From Nitrososphaeraceae archaeon (lineage in GTDB: Archaea; Thermoproteota; Nitrososphaeria; Nitrososphaerales; Nitrososphaeraceae): DNA of 64,000 nt. The notes under the pieces were generated by a model. The model saw nothing but the letters and a program-made list of their open reading frames with translations. It had not been told where the DNA came from and searched no databases. Every line of letters begins with the position of its first letter. Within the stretch, counting starts at the first letter, position 1. Positions 50,840-60,658 of this stretch are shown piece after piece. Where the stretch lies: contig DATFEP010000067.1 in the NCBI GenBank assembly GCA_035250975.1, positions 1 to 64,000 of the forward strand. Direction: 5' to 3'. Both the position numbers and the translations under genes were made by a program.

Positions 50840-50998
50840 TCCCGCGAGCAGGATTTGCCCCAAATAACAATTGTTACTTTGTTTGAGCCTGCGACAATTC
50901 GGTATCTGTTAAATGTAAGCCTGATAGGCTGATCACAACGGTTAGCTAAACAGCCAACTTCTACAGCCGAAAGCTCTACCAGGCTGAGCTATCGCGGG
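50840..50998 (-). tRNA. tRNA-Tyr(GTA) with two introns (50904..50960 at 37/38; 50855..50882 at 58/59)
   Basis: Acceptor CCCGCGA/TCGCGGG (C1:G72); stem TTCGG/CCGAA around CTGTAG|A; both insertions form BHB motifs; spliced T loop is CTCAAAT. Confidence 0.92.
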
Positions 50999-51020
50999 AT
51001 ATCTGCTGTGAAACATTTAT

Positions 51021-51029
51021 TATATATAA
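51021..51029 (-). promoter_or_regulatory. Putative TATA box of tRNA-Tyr
   Basis: TTATATATA on the minus strand 23-31 nt upstream of the mature 5' end; the genome is AT-rich so specificity is low. Confidence 0.45.
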
Positions 51030-51061
51030 TTGATTCTAAGCAGATATTCAAAGATTCAATT

Positions 51062-52057
51062 TCAATTCGACATGAATTCAGATAAATACAATGAGGAATA
51101 AGTAATTATTTTATCTGCTCCAGATCTTTTAAGTGAACCCAAGAGATTTAAAAGAAAGTGAATCTCATCTATAACTCCCATCTTTGATGCTGCTTTTATC
51201 ATCGAATATTCGCCAGACACAATCTGGACTACTGTTGGAGCGGTGTATTTCTTACTAACTTGATAAACCAAATCTAAAGAAGTAATAGAAGGTTTTAACA
51301 TTATCATATCTGCACCTTCTCGAATATCAAATTCAATCTCCCTAAGCACCTCCATGGTGTTGCAAAAGGATACCTGATAGGAAGATTTGTCCAAGTATTT
51401 CTGAAAGTTCAGGAATACTCCAGATTGAAAGGGTTTATAAAGGGACGAGGATTGTTTTGCTGAAAATGAAAGTATTTGTGTTTTCTTATAACCCTCAGTA
51501 TCCAGTTTTTCCCTAATACAGCGAACTTGACCATCCATCATTGACGAAGGAGCTACAATATCGGCTCCAGCGATGGAATGACTTAACGCTATCTTAGCAA
51601 GATAATCGACGGTTTGATCATTTTTAATTTCATTATTTTTGCTCGTTATACCGCAATGTCCAGATTCGTTATAGTTACATAGACATATATCAGTAATCAA
51701 TTTCAGTTTATCTCCAAAATTAGATTTCAATGTTCTTATTGTCTTTTGAACAACTCCGTTTGCTGAAAACGCGAAAGAACCATCTCTTGTTTTATTTCTC
51801 GGTATTCCAAACAATATGATTGATTTAATCCCTTTATCTACTACATCTCCTACCGAATCGATTATTTTATGATAGGGAATTTGAAAAATTCCAGGCATTG
51901 ATCCAAGTTGATGATACCTTGCCATCTCAGTAATAAAAATTGGATAAATCAGGTCATCTTTATATAGTCTAAAATTTTTTGTCAGTTCCAAGTAAAATTT
52001 TTGGTCTGATTCTGACATGTTTAGTACACTCTTGATGTAATTATTTATAACTTCCAT
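51062..52057 (-). CDS. hemB: Porphobilinogen synthase (divergent)
   Basis: DLIYPIF, SMPG, DICLC.Y..SGHCG, GADIVAPSSMMDGQV, GADMIMLKP, VSGEYSMIKAA. Confidence 0.9.
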   Translation of the reverse strand: MEVINNYIKSVLNMSESDQKFYLELTKNFRLYKDDLIYPIFITEMARYHQLGSMPGIFQIPYHKIIDSVGDVVDKGIKSIILFGIPRNKTRDGSFAFSANGVVQKTIRTLKSNFGDKLKLITDICLCNYNESGHCGITSKNNEIKNDQTVDYLAKIALSHSIAGADIVAPSSMMDGQVRCIREKLDTEGYKKTQILSFSAKQSSSLYKPFQSGVFLNFQKYLDKSSYQVSFCNTMEVLREIEFDIREGADMIMLKPSITSLDLVYQVSKKYTAPTVVQIVSGEYSMIKAASKMGVIDEIHFLLNLLGSLKRSGADKIITYSSLYLSEFMSN

Positions 52058-52102
52058 GAAAGAAGATCATACAATTTGATTCAATGATAAATTGCTTCTT
52101 TG

Positions 52103-52768
52103 TCATTTTTTTTCATCTTCAGAGAGAGTCCAAGGAAACCATTTCCCAATAATCCTTCCCCAATCTATTTTCAAGTATAGATAAATTATTACTACTAATA
52201 CTATGATACTCAGTCCTATTCCAAGATAAAGATAAATAGGATCGGTATTTCCGGAAGTAAGAGAATCAACAACAGGACGACCTAGGAAAACGCTACCAAA
52301 AACAATTATTTCATTTAAAATAAATTTTCCTGAGAATGTAGATATGGCAAATTTCCATGGACTATACTTTGCTAAACCAAGTGGAATATATACCAAGTCG
52401 TCAGGTATTGGAGTCATTGCTGCTATAAACGCCCCAGGCCATCCATATTTGGATACTAATCTTTGCAGGGGCAACATCCTCTTCTTAGTTTTGGTACTCA
52501 AAATACGTCGTCCGTAATAACTTGCATAAAAAATAATCAATTTAGCTATAACGGCACCTACAGCACTCGCAATAGATACAAGATGAGGATCTAATTGTTT
52601 ATCGATTCCTGCCGTAAACAAAACAGGAAAATAAGGAACTGGTATAAATACAACTATACTTGCCAGAAAACTTATTATCAGGATTCCTAAATATCTTCCT
52701 GTGTTACCATATTCTTCTACGTATCCAAAATCTTGAAAGAATGAAAGCAGATCATTAGTATTTTCCAA
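52103..52768 (-). CDS. DedA/VTT (SNARE-associated) family membrane protein
   Basis: FIPVP, YYGR, KYG..GAFIAAMTPIPDD...IPLG..KYS.WKF. Confidence 0.85.
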   Translation of the reverse strand: MENTNDLLSFFQDFGYVEEYGNTGRYLGILIISFLASIVVFIPVPYFPVLFTAGIDKQLDPHLVSIASAVGAVIAKLIIFYASYYGRRILSTKTKKRMLPLQRLVSKYGWPGAFIAAMTPIPDDLVYIPLGLAKYSPWKFAISTFSGKFILNEIIVFGSVFLGRPVVDSLTSGNTDPIYLYLGIGLSIIVLVVIIYLYLKIDWGRIIGKWFPWTLSEDEKK

Positions 52769-52898
52769 ATATCGTTACTCCTTTTCCTTGTATTTAATCG
52801 ATATTTAAGTGAATAATGTGATCAATAAAATTCCTTATAGATTTGATTATGATATTATTATCATATATTATTTTAATAAAAGTAAATATGTGTCTCAT

Positions 52899-54356
52899 TT
52901 AGTAGGATTTTGCAAAAATAACAACATGTTTTGAGGTCTTTTTACAGAATATACAAAGAGCATTTTCGTCTTTTTCCTTTGAATCAAAAGGAATTATCCT
53001 GATATCTGCACCGGTATCGTTTTTTATCTTATTTTCGCAATCTTCATTTCCACACCAAGTGGATAATATAAAACCGCTATTCTTATCTAATTTATCTCTC
53101 ATGTCATCGTAACTTGAAACTCTATGGAAATTATTCAGCTGAAACTGCAACGCCTTATCATACAATGCTTTTTGAATATCAGATAGAATAGTAGTAAGAA
53201 TTCTTATTAAGTCCTTTTTTCTTTCAATAATTAATTTCTCTTTTGTATCTCTTCTGACAAGTTCTAACTTTTCGTTATTTATATCCCTTGAACCTAGATT
53301 AATTCTAAGAGGTATCCCCTTTATTTCCCAATCATTGAACTTCCATCCCGAAGTATATTCATCTCTTGCATCCAGGTAACTTTTCAATCCTCCAGATACC
53401 AATTCCTTTTGCAAATTTTTTGATTCTTCAATTACAAAGTCTTTATTGTTATTTTTATAAATTGGTACGATAACTATCTGAATAGGTGCAATATTTGGAG
53501 GTAAAATTAAGCCTTTGTCATCTCCATGAACCATTATTAATGCGCCTATTAATCTCCAGGACATTCCCCAAGAAGTTTGCCATGCAAAATATTGCTTGGA
53601 ATCCTTTCCAAGAAATCTAATCTCGAATGGTTTCGAGAAATTTTGTCCTAGATTGTGAGATGTCGCCATTTGTAAGGCCTTGCCATCAGGCATTATTGAT
53701 TCGAGGCTGGTAGTATACGAAGCCCCAACGAATTTCTCTTTTTCAGTCTTTAAACCTTTGACTGTCGGGATAGCAAGATAATTTTCTATTAATTCTTGGT
53801 AATATCCTAAAATTAGTAAAACTTCATTTTCGGCATCGGTACTAGTTTCATGGACAGTATGTCCCTCTTGCCAAAGAAATTCAGAATTTCTTATGAAAGG
53901 TTTTGTAGATTTTATCTCCGCTCTCAGAGCAGAATTCCAAAAATTTATTTTTAAGGGCAGGTCACGATGACTCATTATCCATTTTGAAAAAATGTTATAA
54001 GCTAAAGTCTCTGAGGTTGGACGAACGGCTAATTTATCTGAAAGATTATTGTTCCCAGCCTTTGTAACCCAAAATACTTCTGGAGTAAATCCAGTAAAAT
54101 GGTCTTTCTCTTTAGAAAGAAGACTTTCTGGAATCAATATAGGTAAAAAACCATTTTCATGTCCAGATTCTTTTAGCTTCTTGTCAAGAATCTCTTTGAT
54201 ATTTTCCCAAATTCGATATCCATAAGGTCTAAGAATAATGAATCCCTTAACTGGAGAATAATCAACTAACCCGGATTTGGTAACCGCTTGTGTGTACCAT
54301 TCAGAAAAATTATCATTTTTTTTTACAGTTATTCCGATTTCCTTATAATCTGACAA
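52899..54356 (-). CDS. proS: Proline--tRNA ligase (archaeal/eukaryal type)
   Basis: FSEWY, RPTSET, EFLWQEGH, QMATSHNLGQNFS, GDDKGL.LPP, FAKSY. Confidence 0.96.
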   Translation of the reverse strand: MSDYKEIGITVKKNDNFSEWYTQAVTKSGLVDYSPVKGFIILRPYGYRIWENIKEILDKKLKESGHENGFLPILIPESLLSKEKDHFTGFTPEVFWVTKAGNNNLSDKLAVRPTSETLAYNIFSKWIMSHRDLPLKINFWNSALRAEIKSTKPFIRNSEFLWQEGHTVHETSTDAENEVLLILGYYQELIENYLAIPTVKGLKTEKEKFVGASYTTSLESIMPDGKALQMATSHNLGQNFSKPFEIRFLGKDSKQYFAWQTSWGMSWRLIGALIMVHGDDKGLILPPNIAPIQIVIVPIYKNNNKDFVIEESKNLQKELVSGGLKSYLDARDEYTSGWKFNDWEIKGIPLRINLGSRDINNEKLELVRRDTKEKLIIERKKDLIRILTTILSDIQKALYDKALQFQLNNFHRVSSYDDMRDKLDKNSGFILSTWCGNEDCENKIKNDTGADIRIIPFDSKEKDENALCIFCKKTSKHVVIFAKSY

Positions 54357-54401
54357 ACATTCATTCCTCTTTTAAAGAGCTTCCAATAATCATTTTAAAA
54401 A

Positions 54402-54713
54402 TTAAAGTGGTTCTCCACGGCAGTATACCTTCCCAGATATCCTACTATTGAAATTTTTACAAACATAACATGGTATAAAAGGCACTTCTTTTTGCAATAC
54501 CGGACAATCAACTGATTCCATTTTCATCCTTTTAAGCATTTTTGGACTAACTCCCTTTAATTTTAGTTTACCTTTGTCATCCATCATACCAATTCCCTTT
54601 AATTCATTTTTAACGTCATCAGTTAATCTAGAACTTTTTTCCGATAATTTTATAGGTACTATGAATTTTGTTTCAGTATCGACATTATTGTTAGAATTTG
54701 AATCTTCCATCAA
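54402..54713 (-). CDS. Hypothetical Cys-rich protein
   Basis: DCPV...CYVC...VYC C-terminal motif. Confidence 0.75.
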   Translation of the reverse strand: MMEDSNSNNNVDTETKFIVPIKLSEKSSRLTDDVKNELKGIGMMDDKGKLKLKGVSPKMLKRMKMESVDCPVLQKEVPFIPCYVCKNFNSRISGKVYCRGEPL

Positions 54714-54820
54714 AATATTTTTCCTTCAATAGAATATATTTGATTTCCTCATCAAAATTGTTTATGAAAAAAATAGAATTACTTTTTATATTATAACTGC
54801 TTTAAAACACTATTAACGAA

Positions 54821-56017
54821 TTGAATTCAGACCTGATACCGTGTAACAATAGTATTGTATCTGAAATTCTTCGAAAGTGTTTTGAAAAAAAAACTCTATC
54901 AAAAGATGAAATTCTTTTATTATTAGAATCAAAAGAAGATCGTTCTTTATTCCATGTTGCTTCCTTTCTGAAGGAAATTTATAAAAAAAAGACGATAACC
55001 TACTCAAGAAAAATTTTCATCAACATCACAAATTTATGTAAGGATTTTTGTTCCTATTGTACTTACAGGAAAGATCCTTATAATCAACAAGCAGTCATGA
55101 TGTATCCAAATGAAATATTGGAATTGGCAGAGAAAGGAAAAAAATGCAAGTGTACTGAAGCTTTGATAGTTTCAGGAGAAAGACCAGAAGAGCGGTATAA
55201 AGAAGCAAAAGATTGGTTGAGATCATTAAATTTTAAGTCTACTGCTGAATATGTTAGCAACATTTCAGAAAAAATAACTAAAAAAACCGGATTGCTTCCA
55301 CATTCTAATTTGGGAAATGTATCCAGAGATGAGATGAAAATGTTAAAAGATTATAATGTTAGTTTGGGATTAATGTTGGAGTCTTCAACCTATAGATTAA
55401 GAGGGAAAGGGATGGCTCATGAATACGCACCAAGCAAGGATCCAGGAATCAGGTTAGAAACAATTGAAAATGCAGGTATATTAAAAATTCCTTTGACTAC
55501 AGGGATATTGATAGGTATAGGAGAGAATATTGAGGAAATAATAGACTCGATTTTGTTAATTGGAAATATTAATTCAAAATTTGGTCACATTCAGGAAATT
55601 ATCCTTCAAAACTTTAGGCCAAAAACTAATACGAAAATGCATAATATGCCCCCTCCAGAAGATAATCTTTTTTTGAGATTGGTTGCAATATCACGAATAT
55701 TATTGCCTACAATGAATATACAAATTCCACCTAATTTATCTCCATTAAACTATAACTCGTTTATTGATGCTGGAATTAATGATTGGGGAGGTATTTCACC
55801 TGTTACTGTTGACCACGTAAATCCAGAATTTGCTTGGCCTGATATTAAAGACATAAAAAAAAATACTCAATCAAAGAACCAAATTTTGAGAGCTAGATTA
55901 CCTATTTATCCCGAATTTATAAAAAAAGAATTCATTAATCCAACTCTAGAAAATTATATAGATAATCTAATGGATGAAGAGGGATTAGTAAAAGAGGATT
56001 ATTTAAATGAATTTTGA
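54821..56017 (+). CDS. cofG: 7,8-didemethyl-8-hydroxy-5-deazariboflavin (FO) synthase subunit
   Basis: TYSRKIF, LCKDFCSYC, LPHSN, GLMLE, QNF.PK, QIPPNL, DWGGISP.T.DHVNPE.AWP. Confidence 0.95.
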   Translation: MNSDLIPCNNSIVSEILRKCFEKKTLSKDEILLLLESKEDRSLFHVASFLKEIYKKKTITYSRKIFINITNLCKDFCSYCTYRKDPYNQQAVMMYPNEILELAEKGKKCKCTEALIVSGERPEERYKEAKDWLRSLNFKSTAEYVSNISEKITKKTGLLPHSNLGNVSRDEMKMLKDYNVSLGLMLESSTYRLRGKGMAHEYAPSKDPGIRLETIENAGILKIPLTTGILIGIGENIEEIIDSILLIGNINSKFGHIQEIILQNFRPKTNTKMHNMPPPEDNLFLRLVAISRILLPTMNIQIPPNLSPLNYNSFIDAGINDWGGISPVTVDHVNPEFAWPDIKDIKKNTQSKNQILRARLPIYPEFIKKEFINPTLENYIDNLMDEEGLVKEDYLNEF

Positions 56018-57251
56018 AAGTATTCAAAAATACATTGACCCAGTAATTTCAGAAATTTTAGACAAAGCATTGGACAATAAAGAAATTACTATTTCTGAAG
56101 TACTAGAATTACTCGATTGTAAGGGAATGGAAATGAATATGTTAATTGCTGTTGCAAATTATCTTCGTAAAAATAAAAATGGCGATGTGGTTACATATGT
56201 TTTGAACAGAAATATTAATTTCACTAACGTTTGCATCAAAAGATGTGGATTCTGTGCTTTTAGTAGAGATTTTAGACAAGAAGAAGGATATTTTTTACCA
56301 ACTGAAGAAGTTATTAGGAGATCAAAAGAAGCATATCAATACGGAGCAACAGAAGTTTGCATACAAGCTGGACTACCTCCCAAGATGGATGGAAATCTAT
56401 ACGTGGAATTATGTAAATCAATTAAAAAAGAAATCCCCAATATTCATATTCATGCTTTTTCACCAGAGGAGATAATGTATGGAGCTCATCGTTCAAATAT
56501 TTCAGTAAAAGAATATCTAAGTAGGCTAAAAGACGCAGGACTAGATAGCATTCCAGGAACAGCTGCAGAAATACTTGACCAAGAGATTAGAAATATTATT
56601 TCACCTGGAAGAATTTCTGTAAAAGACTGGATTGATACAATAAAAACAGCCCACTCCATTGGAATCCCATCCACCTCGACAATTATGTATGGGCATATTG
56701 AATCTCACAAACACATAGCAGAACATTTGCAACTAATAAAAAACATACAAAAGGAAACTAGAGGGTTTACGGAATTTGTTCCCTTAAGCTTTGTTCATAC
56801 TGAAGCACCAATGTTTAACAAGAATTTAATAGACAATATAAAACCGGGTCCAGATGGAGCGTATGTATTGAAAGTGCATGCTGTATCGAGAATTTTCCTT
56901 AATAACTATATAAATAACATACAGGTTTCTTGGGTAAAGGAAGGTCCTAGGATGAGTCAAATCTTGTTAGATGCAGGAGTGAACGATTTTGGTGGAACAT
57001 TGATAAATGAAAGTATTTCTACATCCGCTGGTGCAAATAATGGACAAATATTAAAACCAAAGAATATCAGAAAAATAATTCACAGTGCTGGAAAAATTCC
57101 AGCACAGAGAACTTCAAGATATAAAATCATTAAAAAATTCTGTGAAGAAGACTATGATGACGAAGAGCTATTGGATAAGGTTGACGCCGAATCGTTTGGA
57201 TCATACCAAGAATTAATTAAATTAGATAAGTTCAGATTCAGGAAAGAGTAG
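56007..57251 (+). CDS. cofH: 5-amino-6-(D-ribitylamino)uracil--L-tyrosine 4-hydroxyphenyl transferase
   Basis: NRNINFTNVC...CGFCAF, PGTAAEIL, NIQVSWVK, NDFGGTL.NESIS; adjacent to cofG. Confidence 0.95.
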   Translation: MNFESIQKYIDPVISEILDKALDNKEITISEVLELLDCKGMEMNMLIAVANYLRKNKNGDVVTYVLNRNINFTNVCIKRCGFCAFSRDFRQEEGYFLPTEEVIRRSKEAYQYGATEVCIQAGLPPKMDGNLYVELCKSIKKEIPNIHIHAFSPEEIMYGAHRSNISVKEYLSRLKDAGLDSIPGTAAEILDQEIRNIISPGRISVKDWIDTIKTAHSIGIPSTSTIMYGHIESHKHIAEHLQLIKNIQKETRGFTEFVPLSFVHTEAPMFNKNLIDNIKPGPDGAYVLKVHAVSRIFLNNYINNIQVSWVKEGPRMSQILLDAGVNDFGGTLINESISTSAGANNGQILKPKNIRKIIHSAGKIPAQRTSRYKIIKKFCEEDYDDEELLDKVDAESFGSYQELIKLDKFRFRKE

Positions 57252-57398
57252 TTAAACCTCTTAAAACTAAACTAGAAAATTTATATATATCGATCTACTA
57301 ATAGCATTTTCATTTCAAGTGCAAACATCATATTTCTAAAATAAGAATTGGTAAGATTTATCAATAGTAATAGATTTTCATAAATTTTGTATAAATAT

Positions 57399-59081
57399 AT
57401 GAATAATTCTCTAAAAAATTCTTTCAAATGGAAAACATTGCAACATAATGGAGTTGCTTTTCCTCCAGATTATTCCTACAAGGCAATAAAAATTGGGATA
57501 AAAAATGATCAATTTCAATTAAATAAAGACCAAGAAGAATTGATATATGCTTGGGCAAAAAAGAAAGATTCTCATTATATTCGAGATAACGTATTTCAAA
57601 AAAACTTCTTAAAAGATCTTAAAAAATTATTACCTAATAGATTTCAATACATAAAAAATATTAGCGATATTGATTTTTCTGAGGCTTTCGGACTAGTCGA
57701 TGAAGAACAAAGAACAAAATATCTAGAGAAGGAAAAAATCAAATCATTACCTATAGAAGAGAAAAAAAAATTATCAGCAGAAAAGAAAAGACAAAAAGAG
57801 TTGTTGAAAAAAACATATGGCATAGCAATAATAGATGGAGTTGAAGTGGAGGTCGCAAACTGGTTAGTTGAACCACCGGGATTGTTTATGGGAAGAGGAT
57901 TACACCCTCTAAGAGGACGATGGAAACCAAGAATACGACCCCAGGATGTAATATTGAACTTGGATGAAAATTCTCCTGTTCCCGAGGGAGCATGGAAGAA
58001 AGTTGTACATGACCATACCTCTACATGGCTTGCAACATGGACGGAAACATTAACTAGTAAGAGAAAGTATGTTTGGTTACACGATTCTGCATTATTAAGA
58101 CAAGATAAAGATAGAGAAAAATATGAGAAAGCAAAAAATCTAGAAAAACATGTAGAGAAAATTGAAAAGGATATAATAAATAAAATGATTAACGAAAAAG
58201 ATCTTAATCAAAAAAAAATTGCAACAGTTTGTTATCTCATATTAAAATTAGCTATGAGAGTTGGCGACGAAAAAGATACTGATGAAACTGATACTGTAGG
58301 AGCATCAACTTTAAGAGTAGAACATATTAAATTTCCTGAAACAGATGATGGAAGAAAATTCATACAATTTAATTTTCTTGGCAAAGATAGCGTACCATGG
58401 CAAAAAACCATTGAAATAAGTTCCGTAGACACAAACACATTATATGAAAATCTACGATTTTTTATGATAAATAAACAGAAGGATAGTGAAATTTTCGACA
58501 ATATAAACTCTGCAAAGGTGAATTCTTTCTTAAGGAATATTGATCCTAAAAATGTTCCCGGATTGACCGCAAAAGTATTTAGAACATATTTAGCAACAAA
58601 AATTGTTAAAGATGCATTAAAATCGCCACCTATACAAGTGAGTAAAAATTCATCTGAAATCAAAAAAATCTATATCTCAAAAATCGCAAATTTAAGCGCA
58701 GCTATAGAATGTAATCACAAAAAAGGAATTGATCCTAATAATCCAGCAAGTAAGAAGGCGATCGAAAGATTAGAGGAATCATTGGAAAAAAAGAAGCAGA
58801 CAATTATGAATCTAAGAAATGATATCAATTTAAAAAAATGGAAAACAGAAAAGCAAAAAGAAAAGTTAGAATCCAGAATTGAAAAAATAACATATCAATT
58901 AAAACTGCAGAAGGAAACGCGTGACTACAATCTTGGAACATCATTGAGAAATTATATTGATCCAAGAGTGATGAAGTGGTGGATGGATAGCGTAGGTCTA
59001 GATTGGAAGAAAGTATACACAACAACCCTCCAAAGAAAATTTAAATGGATAGAAACATCTGAAATATCAAAGGATGTCTAA
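57399..59081 (+). CDS. DNA topoisomerase IB (eukaryote-like)
   Basis: KWKTLQHNG, EPPGLFMGRG.HP.RG, AMRVGDEK, FLGKDS, TAKVFRTY, CNH, GTSLRNYIDPR (catalytic Tyr). Confidence 0.96.
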   Translation: MNNSLKNSFKWKTLQHNGVAFPPDYSYKAIKIGIKNDQFQLNKDQEELIYAWAKKKDSHYIRDNVFQKNFLKDLKKLLPNRFQYIKNISDIDFSEAFGLVDEEQRTKYLEKEKIKSLPIEEKKKLSAEKKRQKELLKKTYGIAIIDGVEVEVANWLVEPPGLFMGRGLHPLRGRWKPRIRPQDVILNLDENSPVPEGAWKKVVHDHTSTWLATWTETLTSKRKYVWLHDSALLRQDKDREKYEKAKNLEKHVEKIEKDIINKMINEKDLNQKKIATVCYLILKLAMRVGDEKDTDETDTVGASTLRVEHIKFPETDDGRKFIQFNFLGKDSVPWQKTIEISSVDTNTLYENLRFFMINKQKDSEIFDNINSAKVNSFLRNIDPKNVPGLTAKVFRTYLATKIVKDALKSPPIQVSKNSSEIKKIYISKIANLSAAIECNHKKGIDPNNPASKKAIERLEESLEKKKQTIMNLRNDINLKKWKTEKQKEKLESRIEKITYQLKLQKETRDYNLGTSLRNYIDPRVMKWWMDSVGLDWKKVYTTTLQRKFKWIETSEISKDV

Positions 59082-59649
59082 TCTTATTCCATGATAGAAT
59101 TGATTATGCAAAGTTAAAATATATCTCTAGCACTGTTTTTCATTTATTATATTATTTTGTATTTGGTTATCACAACCGCCTTCTAAGAAATACAACAAAT
59201 GGAATAATATTTGTTACAAAGTTCAATTTTCATAAAACAATAATCGATAATTTAGAGAATTAGAAAAACAGAATAAGAAAAATCCCAGAAATCGCTAATT
59301 ATAATGTTCTTATAATAAAGTAATAATACAAGCAAGGGTGGATATCATTAAATAATACTTTAAAAAACTATATTCTTATAATTCTCAAAAATTAGCCAAT
59401 AGATCTCGAAATATTAGCTTTAGGTATGCCACACAAATTGCCACATTAAGCCAAACAATATCATAAATAAAAATAACAAGGAAGATAAGAAGATTGTTTA
59501 AAATCTTATATATTATTTTATAAGAATTTATATCTACTAACAGATTTATAAAAAAAATCGCGAGAATTATCGTCATAAATGACGCGGATTTTAATATGAA
59601 TAGAATATATATTACAAAAATTAAAATTTTCTTGAACGCTTCTGAGTTT

Positions 59650-59724
59650 GCCGGAGTGGCTCAGCTTGGTTAGAGCGTTCGACTCATAATCGAAAGGTCG
59701 CGGGCTCGAATCCCGTCTCCGGCA
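59650..59724 (+). tRNA. tRNA-Met(CAT), probably elongator
   Basis: Acceptor GCCGGAG/CTCCGGC; TTCGA-CTCATAA-TCGAA; T arm GCGGG-CTCGAAT-CCCGT; G1:C72 and no GGG/CCC anticodon stem argue against initiator. Confidence 0.93.
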
Positions 59725-59731
59725 TTTTTTT
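59725..59731 (+). terminator. Oligo-T terminator after tRNA-Met
   Basis: T7 tract directly after the discriminator base. Confidence 0.6.
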
Positions 59732-59935
59732 AAAAAATGATATAATTGAAAAATCTCTTAAGACTAAAGAATTACAAATATTAAATACAGAAATAAAGAT
59801 AAATTGAATTATAACACTATTTGCAAAAGGACAATAGATCTGAGTCAGATTTATTGATTCTTTCTTTGAAACTTCTACAAATTTAAATCACTATTAACTA
59901 TTTATTATTTATCAATATCACCAAATAGAGAATAC

Positions 59936-60613
59936 ATGAGTGAAACAGCCAATCTTAGAACAAGTAAATTTTTGATCGTACTTATCTCTTTTATAGGCTT
60001 GACTTTTTTTGTTCATGGCGGAATAACTAATAACGTTGATAATTTAATAACCAAGATTTTTTACAATATTGGGGGACTCCATAATACCATTGATGTAATT
60101 GTAATCATCATTTCATCTCTTGGAGATCTTTTTTTAATGGTAATAGTAGGATTAATTTTAACAATAATTAGAAGAACAAGGAGAATCGGACTGCTTGTAT
60201 TGATTTCAATTGTTATCCTTTCAGTTTCAACGATGTATATTAAACCGCTTGTAGGGAGATCTGCACCATTGGAACAATACATACCTAAATTTCATGTTCC
60301 TGATAAATATACTATCGAAAAAGACAGCATGATGCCAATTTCTAGAGACCTTTCATTTCCGTCGAATCACGCAGCTCGTGCTACTGCCTTTATAATAATA
60401 ATAGGTTTCTGGTTCAATGTTCAAGAAAAGAGAAATATAGTTGCAAGAATATTATGGATATTTCCTCTATCGATAGGATTCACGAGATTATACTTGCTTC
60501 AAAACTATTTATTTGATATAGTCGGGGGTTCGCTTTATGGGATAATAGTTGGATTAGTACTATGTAGATTAATAAAACTAAACAGAATGTCAGAGATGAA
60601 TAAATTTAATTAG
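59936..60613 (+). CDS. PAP2-family membrane phosphatase
   Basis: KPLVGR..P, SFPSNH, TRLYL..NY.FDIVGG (third-motif His appears replaced by Asn). Confidence 0.85.
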   Translation: MSETANLRTSKFLIVLISFIGLTFFVHGGITNNVDNLITKIFYNIGGLHNTIDVIVIIISSLGDLFLMVIVGLILTIIRRTRRIGLLVLISIVILSVSTMYIKPLVGRSAPLEQYIPKFHVPDKYTIEKDSMMPISRDLSFPSNHAARATAFIIIIGFWFNVQEKRNIVARILWIFPLSIGFTRLYLLQNYLFDIVGGSLYGIIVGLVLCRLIKLNRMSEMNKFN

Positions 60614-60658
60614 AATTTTTTATCTAGTTTTTTTTATTACTTGCATTCTTTCATGAAT

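Noticed and set aside
54821-57251. Tandem radical SAM genes as a novel pathway
   Set aside because: Motifs identify the known CofG/CofH pair of F420 biosynthesis
59385-59576. 63-aa hydrophobic minus-strand ORF before tRNA-Met
   Set aside because: Ile/Phe/Asn bias typical of AT-rich non-coding DNA; overlaps the likely tRNA promoter region
59725-60613. Integrated element at tRNA 3' ends (also checked at tRNA-Ala and tRNA-Tyr)
   Set aside because: No integrase and no duplicated tRNA 3' end seen in the window
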